Shown here piece by piece: positions 15,907-24,467 of a DNA stretch of 26,431 nt (position 1 is the stretch's first letter; each line of letters starts with the position of its first letter). The notes beneath the pieces were generated by a model. It made no database searches. It saw nothing but the letters and a program-made list of their open reading frames with translations, and was not told the DNA's origin. Source of the stretch: Nitrososphaerota archaeon (GTDB lineage: Archaea; Thermoproteota; Nitrososphaeria; Nitrososphaerales; UBA57); contig JACAFS010000006.1 in the NCBI GenBank assembly GCA_013378385.1, positions 1 through 26,431 on the forward strand, given 5' to 3'. The position numbers and the translations under genes are program-made.

Positions 15907-17330
15907 ATTTTTTTAAGTTTAGGATTAACAACAGGTTCAAGTGCAAGGGCGATGAAAACAAAAATCATTGCAGTGATGACAATCAAAAGTCCAGGAGGAA
16001 GTATCCACCACCAATAACCAATATACACACCGCCTGTACGAAATCCATTTTCTAGAATCTGGCCCCAAGTTGGGATAGAAGGATCACCCAAACCAAGAAA
16101 ACTTAATGATGCTTCTGCAAGTATTGCTGCAGGGGTAAAGAAGACTAATTGTGCGAATATGAATGGTGCAAGTTGTGGAAAGATATGTCGATACATTATT
16201 CTCCATTTTGATGCGCCTAAAGATTTTGCAGCTTCTATCGATTGGCTGGAATTTATTTGTAAGACCATGGATCGAATAATAATAGTTAATCCAGGCCAAC
16301 CGAACAATACAAGAATTGTCATCACTAACCATAATTGTGGACCGAATACGAAGATGAGAAAGAGCAATATAGGTAACAATGGGATATTAGAAAGTGTATC
16401 AGAGAGTCTCTGAATTATAGTGTCTGTTCGACCTCCTGTATAACCGCTAATTATTCCCATAGTAGTTCCAATAAAAGTGGTAATAGTAGACGTAGTAAGA
16501 CCAATTAATAATGCAATAGGAAATCCAAATAATAATCCAACAGAGAGATTTCGCCCTAGTGAATCTGTTCCAAGTAGACCATAAGAAGAGCCACCCAATA
16601 CAAATCGAATTTTAGAAATAGAATCATTTTCGTTGTTGACCGTAAATCTAACTATTAATTCATATTCGCCCGTAAGAATTTCATCGAATTGAAGAGAATC
16701 GAGATTAGAGAATATTACTTTTTCATTTGAACCAATAATCTCATTAATTGATATTTGTTCATTTGAATTATCTCGTATATATCCAACTAAATTTGAAGAA
16801 ACTGATTTATCTCCGCTTAAATTTATCCGAAATGGGGAATCTGAATAACGTACGTAAGGGCCGTCTTCACCTGGACGTGGGGGCGAGATAATTTCACGGT
16901 ATATTAAAATTTCTTCATTATCAGGTCTCAGAATGGACAATGAAATAGTAGGCGGACGGTCATGATATACAACGTCGTACAATGATAAAGATAGAAATGT
17001 AGGAGAGATATTGGAATCATAAGTAAATCTATGAGTGTAAGTTCTCACTTCTCGATTAGATATAGAAACTGTATCTGCAGGAGTAGTAAAATCAATTATT
17101 TGATGATCGACATTGTCGTTTCCAAATATATTAGTCCATGTTGGAGGTGCAGATTTAGGATAGTCGGACCAATATGCAGGGTTACTCCACACAGTAGTGC
17201 CGAAATTAAGCGGGTAAGTAAAAACAACAAATACAGAAATCAAGATGAAGATTACCAGAAGAACAGAACCAATCTTTCCAGAACCACTTGAAAAGAATTC
17301 CTGTAAGTTTTCACGAGAATTATTATTCAT
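15903..17330 (-). CDS. OppC/DppC-type ABC permease with ~210-aa extracytoplasmic insertion after TM1
   Basis: LLGTDSLGRNL motif at residues ~252-261 (usually within ~90 aa of the N-terminus). EAA loop AAKSLGASKWRIMYRHIFPQLAPFI. ATGA overlap with oppB. Confidence 0.85.
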   Translation of the reverse strand: MNNNSRENLQEFFSSGSGKIGSVLLVIFILISVFVVFTYPLNFGTTVWSNPAYWSDYPKSAPPTWTNIFGNDNVDHQIIDFTTPADTVSISNREVRTYTHRFTYDSNISPTFLSLSLYDVVYHDRPPTISLSILRPDNEEILIYREIISPPRPGEDGPYVRYSDSPFRINLSGDKSVSSNLVGYIRDNSNEQISINEIIGSNEKVIFSNLDSLQFDEILTGEYELIVRFTVNNENDSISKIRFVLGGSSYGLLGTDSLGRNLSVGLLFGFPIALLIGLTTSTITTFIGTTMGIISGYTGGRTDTIIQRLSDTLSNIPLLPILLFLIFVFGPQLWLVMTILVLFGWPGLTIIIRSMVLQINSSQSIEAAKSLGASKWRIMYRHIFPQLAPFIFAQLVFFTPAAILAEASLSFLGLGDPSIPTWGQILENGFRTGGVYIGYWWWILPPGLLIVITAMIFVFIALALEPVVNPKLKKM

Positions 17331-18376
17331 TTATATCTCACCCGTGGATCAAGAACAATGTATAAAATTTCTAAGATAAAACGTGCAACAACATAAAGAA
17401 GTGTAAACATAAACGTTAAAGCTACAATAACAGATTCGTCAGCTGCAAGAATAGCTTCATAATACAACCTACCCATACCAGGCCAACCAAATACTGTTTC
17501 AGTAAGAATCGCCCCGCCTAAAGAACCAGTTAAACCTAAAATGAGACTAGTTACAATTGGTGGCGCAGCTACACGAATAATATGACGTCTCATAACTAGG
17601 TTTTCAGATAGACCTTTTGCGCGTGCTACATTCACAAAATCTTCTTGAGAAATGTTAAGAACCATAGTTCGCACAGCATAAGACCATGATCCAACAGAAA
17701 CAATAACTAAAGTAAATACTGGCAATATTGCATGTACAAGACGATCAAGAAATCTTGCTAGTGGTTCAGTTGGTGGAGGTACACTGAACATTCCAGAAGA
17801 AGGTAGAATTCTTAATTGGAAAGCAAATAATATTATGAAAATTATTCCAAGCCACCAAGCAGGCAGAGCATAAGAAATTGCAGAGAAATATGATACAGAA
17901 CGCTCTAAACGAGAACCAACTTGAGTTGCTATTTTGACACCAACATACAAACCGATTACAGATGTTATAATTGTCGCAGAAGTAATGAGAATAATTGTAT
18001 TTGGTAAACGTTCGAGAACTATATCACTCACACTATTGCTTCCAGAAAAACTTCTTAATGTACGGGCCTCTCCAAGATCTAGCGTAAGGATACGAAATAC
18101 CATGTCAGGTAATCTATAATACCACGGCTGATCTAAACCATAAAATTCAATCAATTGTTCACGTCTATCTTCAATGACTTGCTCAAGTTCATTTGGATCA
18201 CGAATATTTTGTGATAGAGACTGTCTAAGTCCACGTAATTCTTCGCTAACAGTAGCAGTCAGTAATCTATCTGAATATCCAGTTGCGCCAAGTACTATTA
18301 CACAAAGAAAAAGAACTGTGATTAATACAACAAGTAACGATAAGCCACGAACGATTAATGTTTGAAGAAGAGACAT
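17327..18376 (-). CDS. OppB/DppB-type ABC permease
   Basis: GLDQPWYYR motif after TM1, EAA loop ARAKGLSENLVMRRHIIRVAAPPI, six TM pattern. Confidence 0.85.
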   Translation of the reverse strand: MSLLQTLIVRGLSLLVVLITVLFLCVIVLGATGYSDRLLTATVSEELRGLRQSLSQNIRDPNELEQVIEDRREQLIEFYGLDQPWYYRLPDMVFRILTLDLGEARTLRSFSGSNSVSDIVLERLPNTIILITSATIITSVIGLYVGVKIATQVGSRLERSVSYFSAISYALPAWWLGIIFIILFAFQLRILPSSGMFSVPPPTEPLARFLDRLVHAILPVFTLVIVSVGSWSYAVRTMVLNISQEDFVNVARAKGLSENLVMRRHIIRVAAPPIVTSLILGLTGSLGGAILTETVFGWPGMGRLYYEAILAADESVIVALTFMFTLLYVVARFILEILYIVLDPRVRYK

Positions 18377-18399
18377 GTACGTTGATATAGTTTTTAATT

Positions 18400-21150
18400 C
18401 TAAGTTTTATTTGTCTTTCTTTTTGTTTTAGCAGTGGATTTCTTAGCGGCGGGTTTCTTAGCGGCGGGTTTCTTAGCGGCGGGTTTCTTAGCGGCGGGTT
18501 TCTTAGCGGCGGGTTTCTTAGCGGCGGGTTTAGTTGAATTGGATTTTTGATTCTGAGTAAATACTACACCAAGAACAATTATTAGAAGTGCGACAACTAT
18601 TGGAATCAATAGATTAGATGATCCAGATTCTGTGGATTCATTACTAGAAACTGGTTCATTACTAGGGATTTCAGATTTAGGTGGTTCGCCAACAACCGGT
18701 GATTCGCCAGATGGTTCGACTGAAACGGGCTTGTCAGTAACTGCTTCAATTACAACAAGTCTTTCATTAAGAGATGAGAGACTATCACTATAACCTGCAA
18801 GATATAATTTGTACAAGCCAGATTGAAGTGTAGAAGTTAGAGAACTATCAAGAGTTATTAAGAATTCATTATCATTTTGTTTTGAAGCCAATCCATTTAT
18901 CAATATTGTATTAGAGATTTCGTCTTTCAACGCAAAACGTAGATCAAGATTACCTTCACCAGTTAATGTAACAACAATCTCGTTATCAGAACCAATCTCA
19001 ATGATGTTAGAATCTACGTCGAGAATATCGACTAAATCAGCTTCTCCAAAGAAAAACTGTCCAGGTTTGAATGGATAAGTTTCATCTCTGAATGCAAGTA
19101 ATTCAGCATATTGAGCAGGAGGGTCGTATATATTTAACATAAATGGTCCGTTAGAAATAACTAACATCCCATATTCGTCAAACCAAGATAAAACAGAATC
19201 ATATCTACTTGTAGCGTCAGAGGCAGAAACAAGTTGAAGTCCTTGTACATTAAAGACGTTGTCAGGTATATTATTGGCAGAATTATGTTCTCGGACAACA
19301 TTACGAACAAGTCTAGCATCTCCATCCATAACAAGACTAAGCCAAGGAACGTTGAATCTTTGAGCAGCGGTATCACTATATGCAGCTTTTCTTTGATCAA
19401 AAACTAAGGTATCCATCGAATAAAGAATTTCCCAAGGCATGGTTATACTAGTTATACTTGCGTAGTCAGCAATGTAATCAGGTGCGAAATGCCAAAAGTC
19501 AACATAGACTTCTAGTGTATTGTCATCAACTATACGAAATCCTTTGAAGCTATCAAGATATGGTTTTGATACAGTTGCGATAGCAAACTCCATTGATGAT
19601 TTATCTTCATTGTAAGTTAAATCAAAAGTTTGGTATATTGAATATATCACATCTGCCATGTTTATTTGTTCGCCATGATGCCATTTAGATTCAAAATATT
19701 TTGAATAGTCAAATACAACTTTACTGGTAGCAGTAGAGCCAGCAGGAACATTAGACCATGAATTTGTCTCAGAATTCCACATAAATGAATCAGATGGAAG
19801 TTCAATATTTCCATTTGGTCCAGATGTAGTTACGTCATAATTTGCGCGATAGGGTATTGGTAATCCGGTAAATGGATGTCGAGTGATAGGAGGATCATAC
19901 ATATTTCTCCAGATGTCACTTCCGTATACATCACCAAAACCGCCAACAGGATTCCAAGTGGTACGTTCGGTCCAGACCCATACATTTCCAATAGTTAAAT
20001 CATTTTGACCGGGAATATAAGCATCTCTTTGTGTCCATAAACTTTTTGGTCCAGCAATTATATCTGAACTAATTCCTTCAATAGAATCGTCAGCAGGAAG
20101 ATTAGTAACAATATTTGCAATCCATATTCGTACAGATTCATCAAGACATAATTTAGATGCTTCGACATAAATTGAATTACGTTCTTCTTCATTCTGGAAA
20201 TTTCCGCTAAAAATTCTTTGTCCTAACAAGTCTAATTCTTCATTTTCATATTGCCAGAAACCTAATTCTTGCCATCCAGGCATAGTACCGAGCCATGGAG
20301 AACACATTTGATTTAATGTGCCAGAATCATACCTATCAGCAGCGCCTTTTCCCCAGCCTTCAGTATACATATGCCAAGATCCACCAGTTCCAACAAGATT
20401 AGGATCTGAGCTGTAAACAGTATAGATTGCAGGTCCAAATTGTTGATATGTAGGTTGAACGATGAAACCTAGGTTTTCAACTTCTGATCTAATTAAATCA
20501 CCAACATCTCGTCTTTCATCTTCAACACGAATAATGAAATCAATGCGAATTGGTTTACCTTCATAATTCCATTTACCTTCGATTAATTCTGCACCTGCAT
20601 TTGTCATTGCTTCATTTACAATAAGTTTTGCATAATCAGGATCATAATTGATAGATGATTCGAGAATCATGTCGTACAAAGTAAGATAATCATGATCATA
20701 TGAACTGACTTGAGTTAACATTGGAACTGCCATTCCTTGATAAATTTCTTGGACTACAAAATCTCGATTAATAATTAGTTGTACAGCTTGTCGGACCTCT
20801 TTAATAGAAAAAGGATTTAGTTGTCCTTCAGGACCAGGGGCAGGATTAAGTAATAATGAGATTGTAGACGTAGGAGCTTCGTGTACTTTAATTCCAGGTG
20901 AATCACGTATATCTTTTGCAGCTGCTACTTTAAGACCAAAATAATACATATCCATTTGATTCGCAAGAATTTCCTTAGGGGCAATATCGACATGGAATGC
21001 ACGGAATCGCAAAATGTCAGTAGCAGGACCAGGTTTATCGTGAGGAGGTTGATAGTTACTTTGGCTATGTACAATAGTGGGAGCAACTGATATTACAAGT
21101 AAGATACTTAACAGAATCGTAATTAATTTTGTAGAGGTATTAATTATCAT
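18400..21150 (-). CDS. Oversized family-5 (Opp/Dpp/Nik-type) ABC substrate-binding protein with C-terminal Ig-like module, S/P-rich stalk, TM anchor and (KPAAK)6 tail
   Basis: Signal peptide ...VAPTIVHS|QS. SBP_bac_5-like core (LLLNPAPG...NPFSIKEVRQAVQLIINRDFVVQEIYQGMAVP). 916 aa against the usual ~520-600. C-terminus: ...SNESTESGSSN-LLIPIVVALLIIVLGVVF-TQNQKSNST(KPAAK)6STAKTKRKTNKT. Confidence 0.8.
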   Translation of the reverse strand: MIINTSTKLITILLSILLVISVAPTIVHSQSNYQPPHDKPGPATDILRFRAFHVDIAPKEILANQMDMYYFGLKVAAAKDIRDSPGIKVHEAPTSTISLLLNPAPGPEGQLNPFSIKEVRQAVQLIINRDFVVQEIYQGMAVPMLTQVSSYDHDYLTLYDMILESSINYDPDYAKLIVNEAMTNAGAELIEGKWNYEGKPIRIDFIIRVEDERRDVGDLIRSEVENLGFIVQPTYQQFGPAIYTVYSSDPNLVGTGGSWHMYTEGWGKGAADRYDSGTLNQMCSPWLGTMPGWQELGFWQYENEELDLLGQRIFSGNFQNEEERNSIYVEASKLCLDESVRIWIANIVTNLPADDSIEGISSDIIAGPKSLWTQRDAYIPGQNDLTIGNVWVWTERTTWNPVGGFGDVYGSDIWRNMYDPPITRHPFTGLPIPYRANYDVTTSGPNGNIELPSDSFMWNSETNSWSNVPAGSTATSKVVFDYSKYFESKWHHGEQINMADVIYSIYQTFDLTYNEDKSSMEFAIATVSKPYLDSFKGFRIVDDNTLEVYVDFWHFAPDYIADYASITSITMPWEILYSMDTLVFDQRKAAYSDTAAQRFNVPWLSLVMDGDARLVRNVVREHNSANNIPDNVFNVQGLQLVSASDATSRYDSVLSWFDEYGMLVISNGPFMLNIYDPPAQYAELLAFRDETYPFKPGQFFFGEADLVDILDVDSNIIEIGSDNEIVVTLTGEGNLDLRFALKDEISNTILINGLASKQNDNEFLITLDSSLTSTLQSGLYKLYLAGYSDSLSSLNERLVVIEAVTDKPVSVEPSGESPVVGEPPKSEIPSNEPVSSNESTESGSSNLLIPIVVALLIIVLGVVFTQNQKSNSTKPAAKKPAAKKPAAKKPAAKKPAAKKPAAKKSTAKTKRKTNKT
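18431..18532 (-). repeat. 15-bp tandem repeat GCGGCGGGTTTCTTA (coding sense AAG AAA CCC GCC GCT = KKPAA), ~6.8 copies
   Basis: Five identical units at 18446-18520, a degenerate unit at 18431-18445 (gcagtggatttctta) and a partial unit at 18521-18532. In frame, and locally ~60% G+C in an AT-rich gene. Confidence 0.95.
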
Positions 21151-21159
21151 AAGAGTCGC

Positions 21160-23601
21160 CTATGACTTATTCATTAGTTCACGAATTTTTTTCATATCAA
21201 TTCCATTTTCACGAGAGATAGAAATAAACACTACTACAACAATTGCCAAAATCATTGCAAGCAAAGTATAGATCAGAGTTTCAAAAGTATTTGTTTTGTC
21301 GGAGATATCAGATACGTCTCTTTGTAGTTGATTGATTTGAACGGGAAGATTGGATAAATCACCAAGGTCAGATGGAATATCATTTGATGGAATTATAGGA
21401 GAAACAGGACTATTTGAACTAGGTTGAGTCTTTAGCATATCAAATATAGATTCAGATATGTCAGTTAATCGATTTTCAAGTTGGTCTAGGTTATTGAAAC
21501 CAAAGTCCATAAAGAATGATGCGGCAGCGACATTTCCAGATGCTTCTATTGCCAGAATTGTATGAGCTCCTTCGCCAGCAATTGGAATAAATATATCAGT
21601 ATTGAATAGACCGTCGTCATTAGTACGAGTTGAGGAAATAATTACGCCACTGACAGAAATATATATTTCTTGATCTGGTTGGAAATCAAAACCGGATATA
21701 CGTACGTCTCTACCTCCAGGTCCAGAAGGCGGACTTATGAATATAGAAGGAGTAGGCATTGCTTTAGTTCGTGCAAAAGCAATTTTCTGATTCATTCCAC
21801 TCATCTCACCTAATCTGCCATCAGTCCAAATCATATAAACGTCGTCTGCGACAGCTTTGATATCATTATAATCACCAATGAATGCGCCTCGAGGAAAAGC
21901 TTTGTTAGGATTTGTTGGATAATCAGTAATTCGAGAATTAGGCAACCAAGTTTTACCTCCGTCGTCAGAACGAGTGTAATACATATGGTAAGTTATTTCA
22001 CTTGCACTATCACGGAAATCTCCAAAGAATGCATGAATCTTTCCATCGGGACCAATATCTAATGCTGGAAAGAATTGGAATGCAGATTTAGTATCATCGT
22101 TAATACGTTTTGGAAGTGACCAAGATTCTCCTTGATTAGTAGAACGTGCAAAATATACGTCGCCGTCATCAGTAGGTTTATCAGAAGGTCTGCCTCCGAA
22201 AACAAGGCTGACTGATCCATCTACATCAGAAACATCGCCACGAGGTGTCGCACTAGCCCAAGACCTAAATGGAGCGTTTCGTGAACGATAGAATGGTTCA
22301 TTAAATGTAGCTACGCGTTCGTTGATAGAAATTGATTCACCGCCATCGTCGGAACGTGTAATGTGAATCTCACCTAGTCCTTCGAAAGGCCCATCGTCAG
22401 TGGAATCAAAATATGCAATATATACTGTGCCATCTTCATGTGTGAATACATTTGGGAATTGAACAACTCTGTCAGTGTCTTCGCCAAGTGGGGCTCCTTC
22501 TCCGCCACTAGCTCCTCCATATGTAGAATATACAGTTGGGCTAACAGGAAGTGGTTTACTCCAGGTCATTCCATAATCCTCGGATTTGACCATTTCAATA
22601 GTTGTTTCAAGAACAGGATATCTGAAATAGAGAATAGCGCCATCTAAAGCAAAGAAGAAATCATATCGTGTAACGAAATGTGTGTAAACGACGTAAATGA
22701 TATCTTCATCAAGGTTTTCAGGATTTGGTCCTGTAGCTATCCAAGGTTTGTCCAAGAAACCGAATCTTAATGTACCACTACTTGTGACATTAGTAGCTTC
22801 TCCTTCAAATTGATTTTGAGCATAAGTTAATGATATTGTACTGCGAGCACTTGATATTGGTTGTTGCCAGGTTTCACCGCCGTCGCTAGAACGAGTAATT
22901 GAGATACTAGAAACTGATTCTTGTAACGGTGTACCGCCTAAACTAAAATCGTCACTGCCGATAGATATACAGCCCATGTATACATTTCCTTTCCTATCAA
23001 ATGCTGCAATTGGATCTCCTGCAGCACCAAGGTCTTCTTGTAGATACTTGGATTGAAATGCACCAGCCCAAGTTTGACCTCCGTCTCGACTAACATATGA
23101 AACAACATTTGCAAAGTTGTAATCAATTGTACCCATTACAAGATGTTCAGGATCATTAGGATTCACGGCAAGTACTGGTTCAGTTTGAACAGGGGTGGTA
23201 CCAAAATCTCTTGTAATAAGAATATTCCTACTAAATTTTTGTGATGGGTCACGATAAGGAACTAAAGCGGCAGCTCCAGCTGCTTGAAGTCGGACATCTT
23301 GATTATTATCTGCTCCAGCTAAATCAACATTGTCTTTGAGCCAGTCTTCCATTGCTCCTTTCTTAGCATTTGCAAAACGAACATCTTCGCCTCTAACTAC
23401 ACCCTGAGCAGCACCGGAAAAGACTTTGGAAACAGGTTCATGAAACATTATACCGCTTTCTGGAATAAGTGGGGAAATTGCTCTATATGGCCGAGCGTCA
23501 CTCCAAAGAATATCTTCAGGTCCTGCAGACACAGGGTTATACAAAGGAATTAGTAAAGTAAATACAAGAATGAATAATGCAACATATGGGAATATTTTCA
23601 T
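21160..23601 (-). CDS. Secreted BNR/Asp-box beta-propeller protein (sialidase-fold) with IPT/TIG-like Ig domain and C-terminal TM anchor
   Basis: Signal peptide MKIFPYVALFILVFTLLIPLYNPVSA. Six SxDxGxTW-type boxes (SRDGGQTW, SSDGGETW, SEDYGMTW, SDDGGESI, STNQGESW, SDDGGKTW). Ig-like SIFISPPSGPGGRDVRISGFDF. S/P-rich linker, then TM LIYTLLAMILAIVVVVFISI. Confidence 0.8.
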   Translation of the reverse strand: MKIFPYVALFILVFTLLIPLYNPVSAGPEDILWSDARPYRAISPLIPESGIMFHEPVSKVFSGAAQGVVRGEDVRFANAKKGAMEDWLKDNVDLAGADNNQDVRLQAAGAAALVPYRDPSQKFSRNILITRDFGTTPVQTEPVLAVNPNDPEHLVMGTIDYNFANVVSYVSRDGGQTWAGAFQSKYLQEDLGAAGDPIAAFDRKGNVYMGCISIGSDDFSLGGTPLQESVSSISITRSSDGGETWQQPISSARSTISLTYAQNQFEGEATNVTSSGTLRFGFLDKPWIATGPNPENLDEDIIYVVYTHFVTRYDFFFALDGAILYFRYPVLETTIEMVKSEDYGMTWSKPLPVSPTVYSTYGGASGGEGAPLGEDTDRVVQFPNVFTHEDGTVYIAYFDSTDDGPFEGLGEIHITRSDDGGESISINERVATFNEPFYRSRNAPFRSWASATPRGDVSDVDGSVSLVFGGRPSDKPTDDGDVYFARSTNQGESWSLPKRINDDTKSAFQFFPALDIGPDGKIHAFFGDFRDSASEITYHMYYTRSDDGGKTWLPNSRITDYPTNPNKAFPRGAFIGDYNDIKAVADDVYMIWTDGRLGEMSGMNQKIAFARTKAMPTPSIFISPPSGPGGRDVRISGFDFQPDQEIYISVSGVIISSTRTNDDGLFNTDIFIPIAGEGAHTILAIEASGNVAAASFFMDFGFNNLDQLENRLTDISESIFDMLKTQPSSNSPVSPIIPSNDIPSDLGDLSNLPVQINQLQRDVSDISDKTNTFETLIYTLLAMILAIVVVVFISISRENGIDMKKIRELMNKS

Positions 23602-23617
23602 TTAATTAGATTTGTTA

Positions 23618-23632
23618 TTAAAATATTTAAAG
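23618..23632 (-). promoter_or_regulatory. TATA-like box for the BNR-opp transcription unit
   Basis: Minus-strand CTTTAAATATTTTAA is centred ~24 nt upstream of the ATG at 23601. Confidence 0.4.
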
Positions 23633-23666
23633 AGTTTATTAATTGGAGAAATAATTGTCAGCAGGA

Positions 23667-24467
23667 TTAAGAAACAAGACTAATAGCAGCGTCCATTCTG
23701 ATAATAACGGCCAATAGTGCGTCATTTTGGAATTGTCCGATTTCGGTTGTATAATTAATTGCACCACTAATATTGCCTTCGATAATCCAGTTAAAAAATT
23801 CTGCATCGGTGGAATTAACTCCAGGTTGGTCTTCAAGCCAATCATAGTAAGCATCAATCATAGAGATAACTTTATCAATTTTTGGGCCGAGTGTTGGATC
23901 ACTAACTACTGCTATGCCTTTAACTCTATCCCAATGATTATGCGCTTCATTTCTACTAGAAGGAATTTCTTTTCTTAGCTCTACAAGTAGAAGCTTATCA
24001 TTTTCAAATTTTTCAATAGTTATAGTTATGGAATCTAGACGAGAATTTAATTCCGATAATTCAGATTCAGAGATTTCTGCTCTTAGAATAGAATCAGAGA
24101 GTTGAATTTTGTTATCTTGAAGTTGATTTTCAAGAACATTCAGTTCATTATTTAACGATGAGATTTTTTGCGACATAGCCTCATTTTCGCGTTCGTTAGA
24201 AGTAACTTGTGATTGTAAATCATTAACTATAGTTTGCGATTGAGATAGTTCAGATTCTTTAATTTTGAGTTCAGTAATTTGCTTTTCAAGAAATGATATT
24301 TGTGATTCAAGTACACCTTCATTGGTTTCTAAACTGTTAACTTGTGGCTGTATTACGACATAACTAAGAATCGATCCAAATATGAATGCAATAAGAATAG
24401 GTGCAATTATCTTATTTTTCAACAGTTCGTTAGATTTAGAACTTTTCTTCTTTTTCCTCGAAGGCAT
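23667..24467 (-). CDS. Type-II membrane protein: basic N-terminus, one TM, ~130-aa coiled-coil stalk, ~100-aa C-terminal globular domain
   Basis: MPSRKKKKSSKS...IIAPILIAFIFGSILSYVV TM, then a heptad-rich Q/E/L/S region (LESQISFLEKQITELKIKESELSQ...). C-terminal W/Y-rich domain (DAYYDWLEDQPG...FFNWIIEG). No family recognised. Confidence 0.65.
   Translation of the reverse strand: MPSRKKKKSSKSNELLKNKIIAPILIAFIFGSILSYVVIQPQVNSLETNEGVLESQISFLEKQITELKIKESELSQSQTIVNDLQSQVTSNERENEAMSQKISSLNNELNVLENQLQDNKIQLSDSILRAEISESELSELNSRLDSITITIEKFENDKLLLVELRKEIPSSRNEAHNHWDRVKGIAVVSDPTLGPKIDKVISMIDAYYDWLEDQPGVNSTDAEFFNWIIEGNISGAINYTTEIGQFQNDALLAVIIRMDAAISLVS

Noticed and set aside
18431-18532. Regular 15-bp repeats considered as a possible CRISPR-like or regulatory array
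   Set aside because: The units are directly adjacent with no spacers, lie in frame inside a long ORF and translate to KKPAA. This is a coding microsatellite, not CRISPR.
12006-23601. C-terminal S/T-rich linker, TM and basic tail considered as archaeosortase (PGF-CTERM-type) sorting signals
   Set aside because: No PGF, PEF or other motif is shared ahead of the TM segments. The basic tails are long (19-51 aa) rather than the few residues typical of sortase signals. Plain TM anchoring is the simpler reading.
21160-23601. Calling the BNR protein an exo-sialidase
   Set aside because: Asp-boxes define the fold, not the activity. I could not find the FRIP motif or assign the catalytic Arg triad from sequence alone, so only a fold-level call is made.
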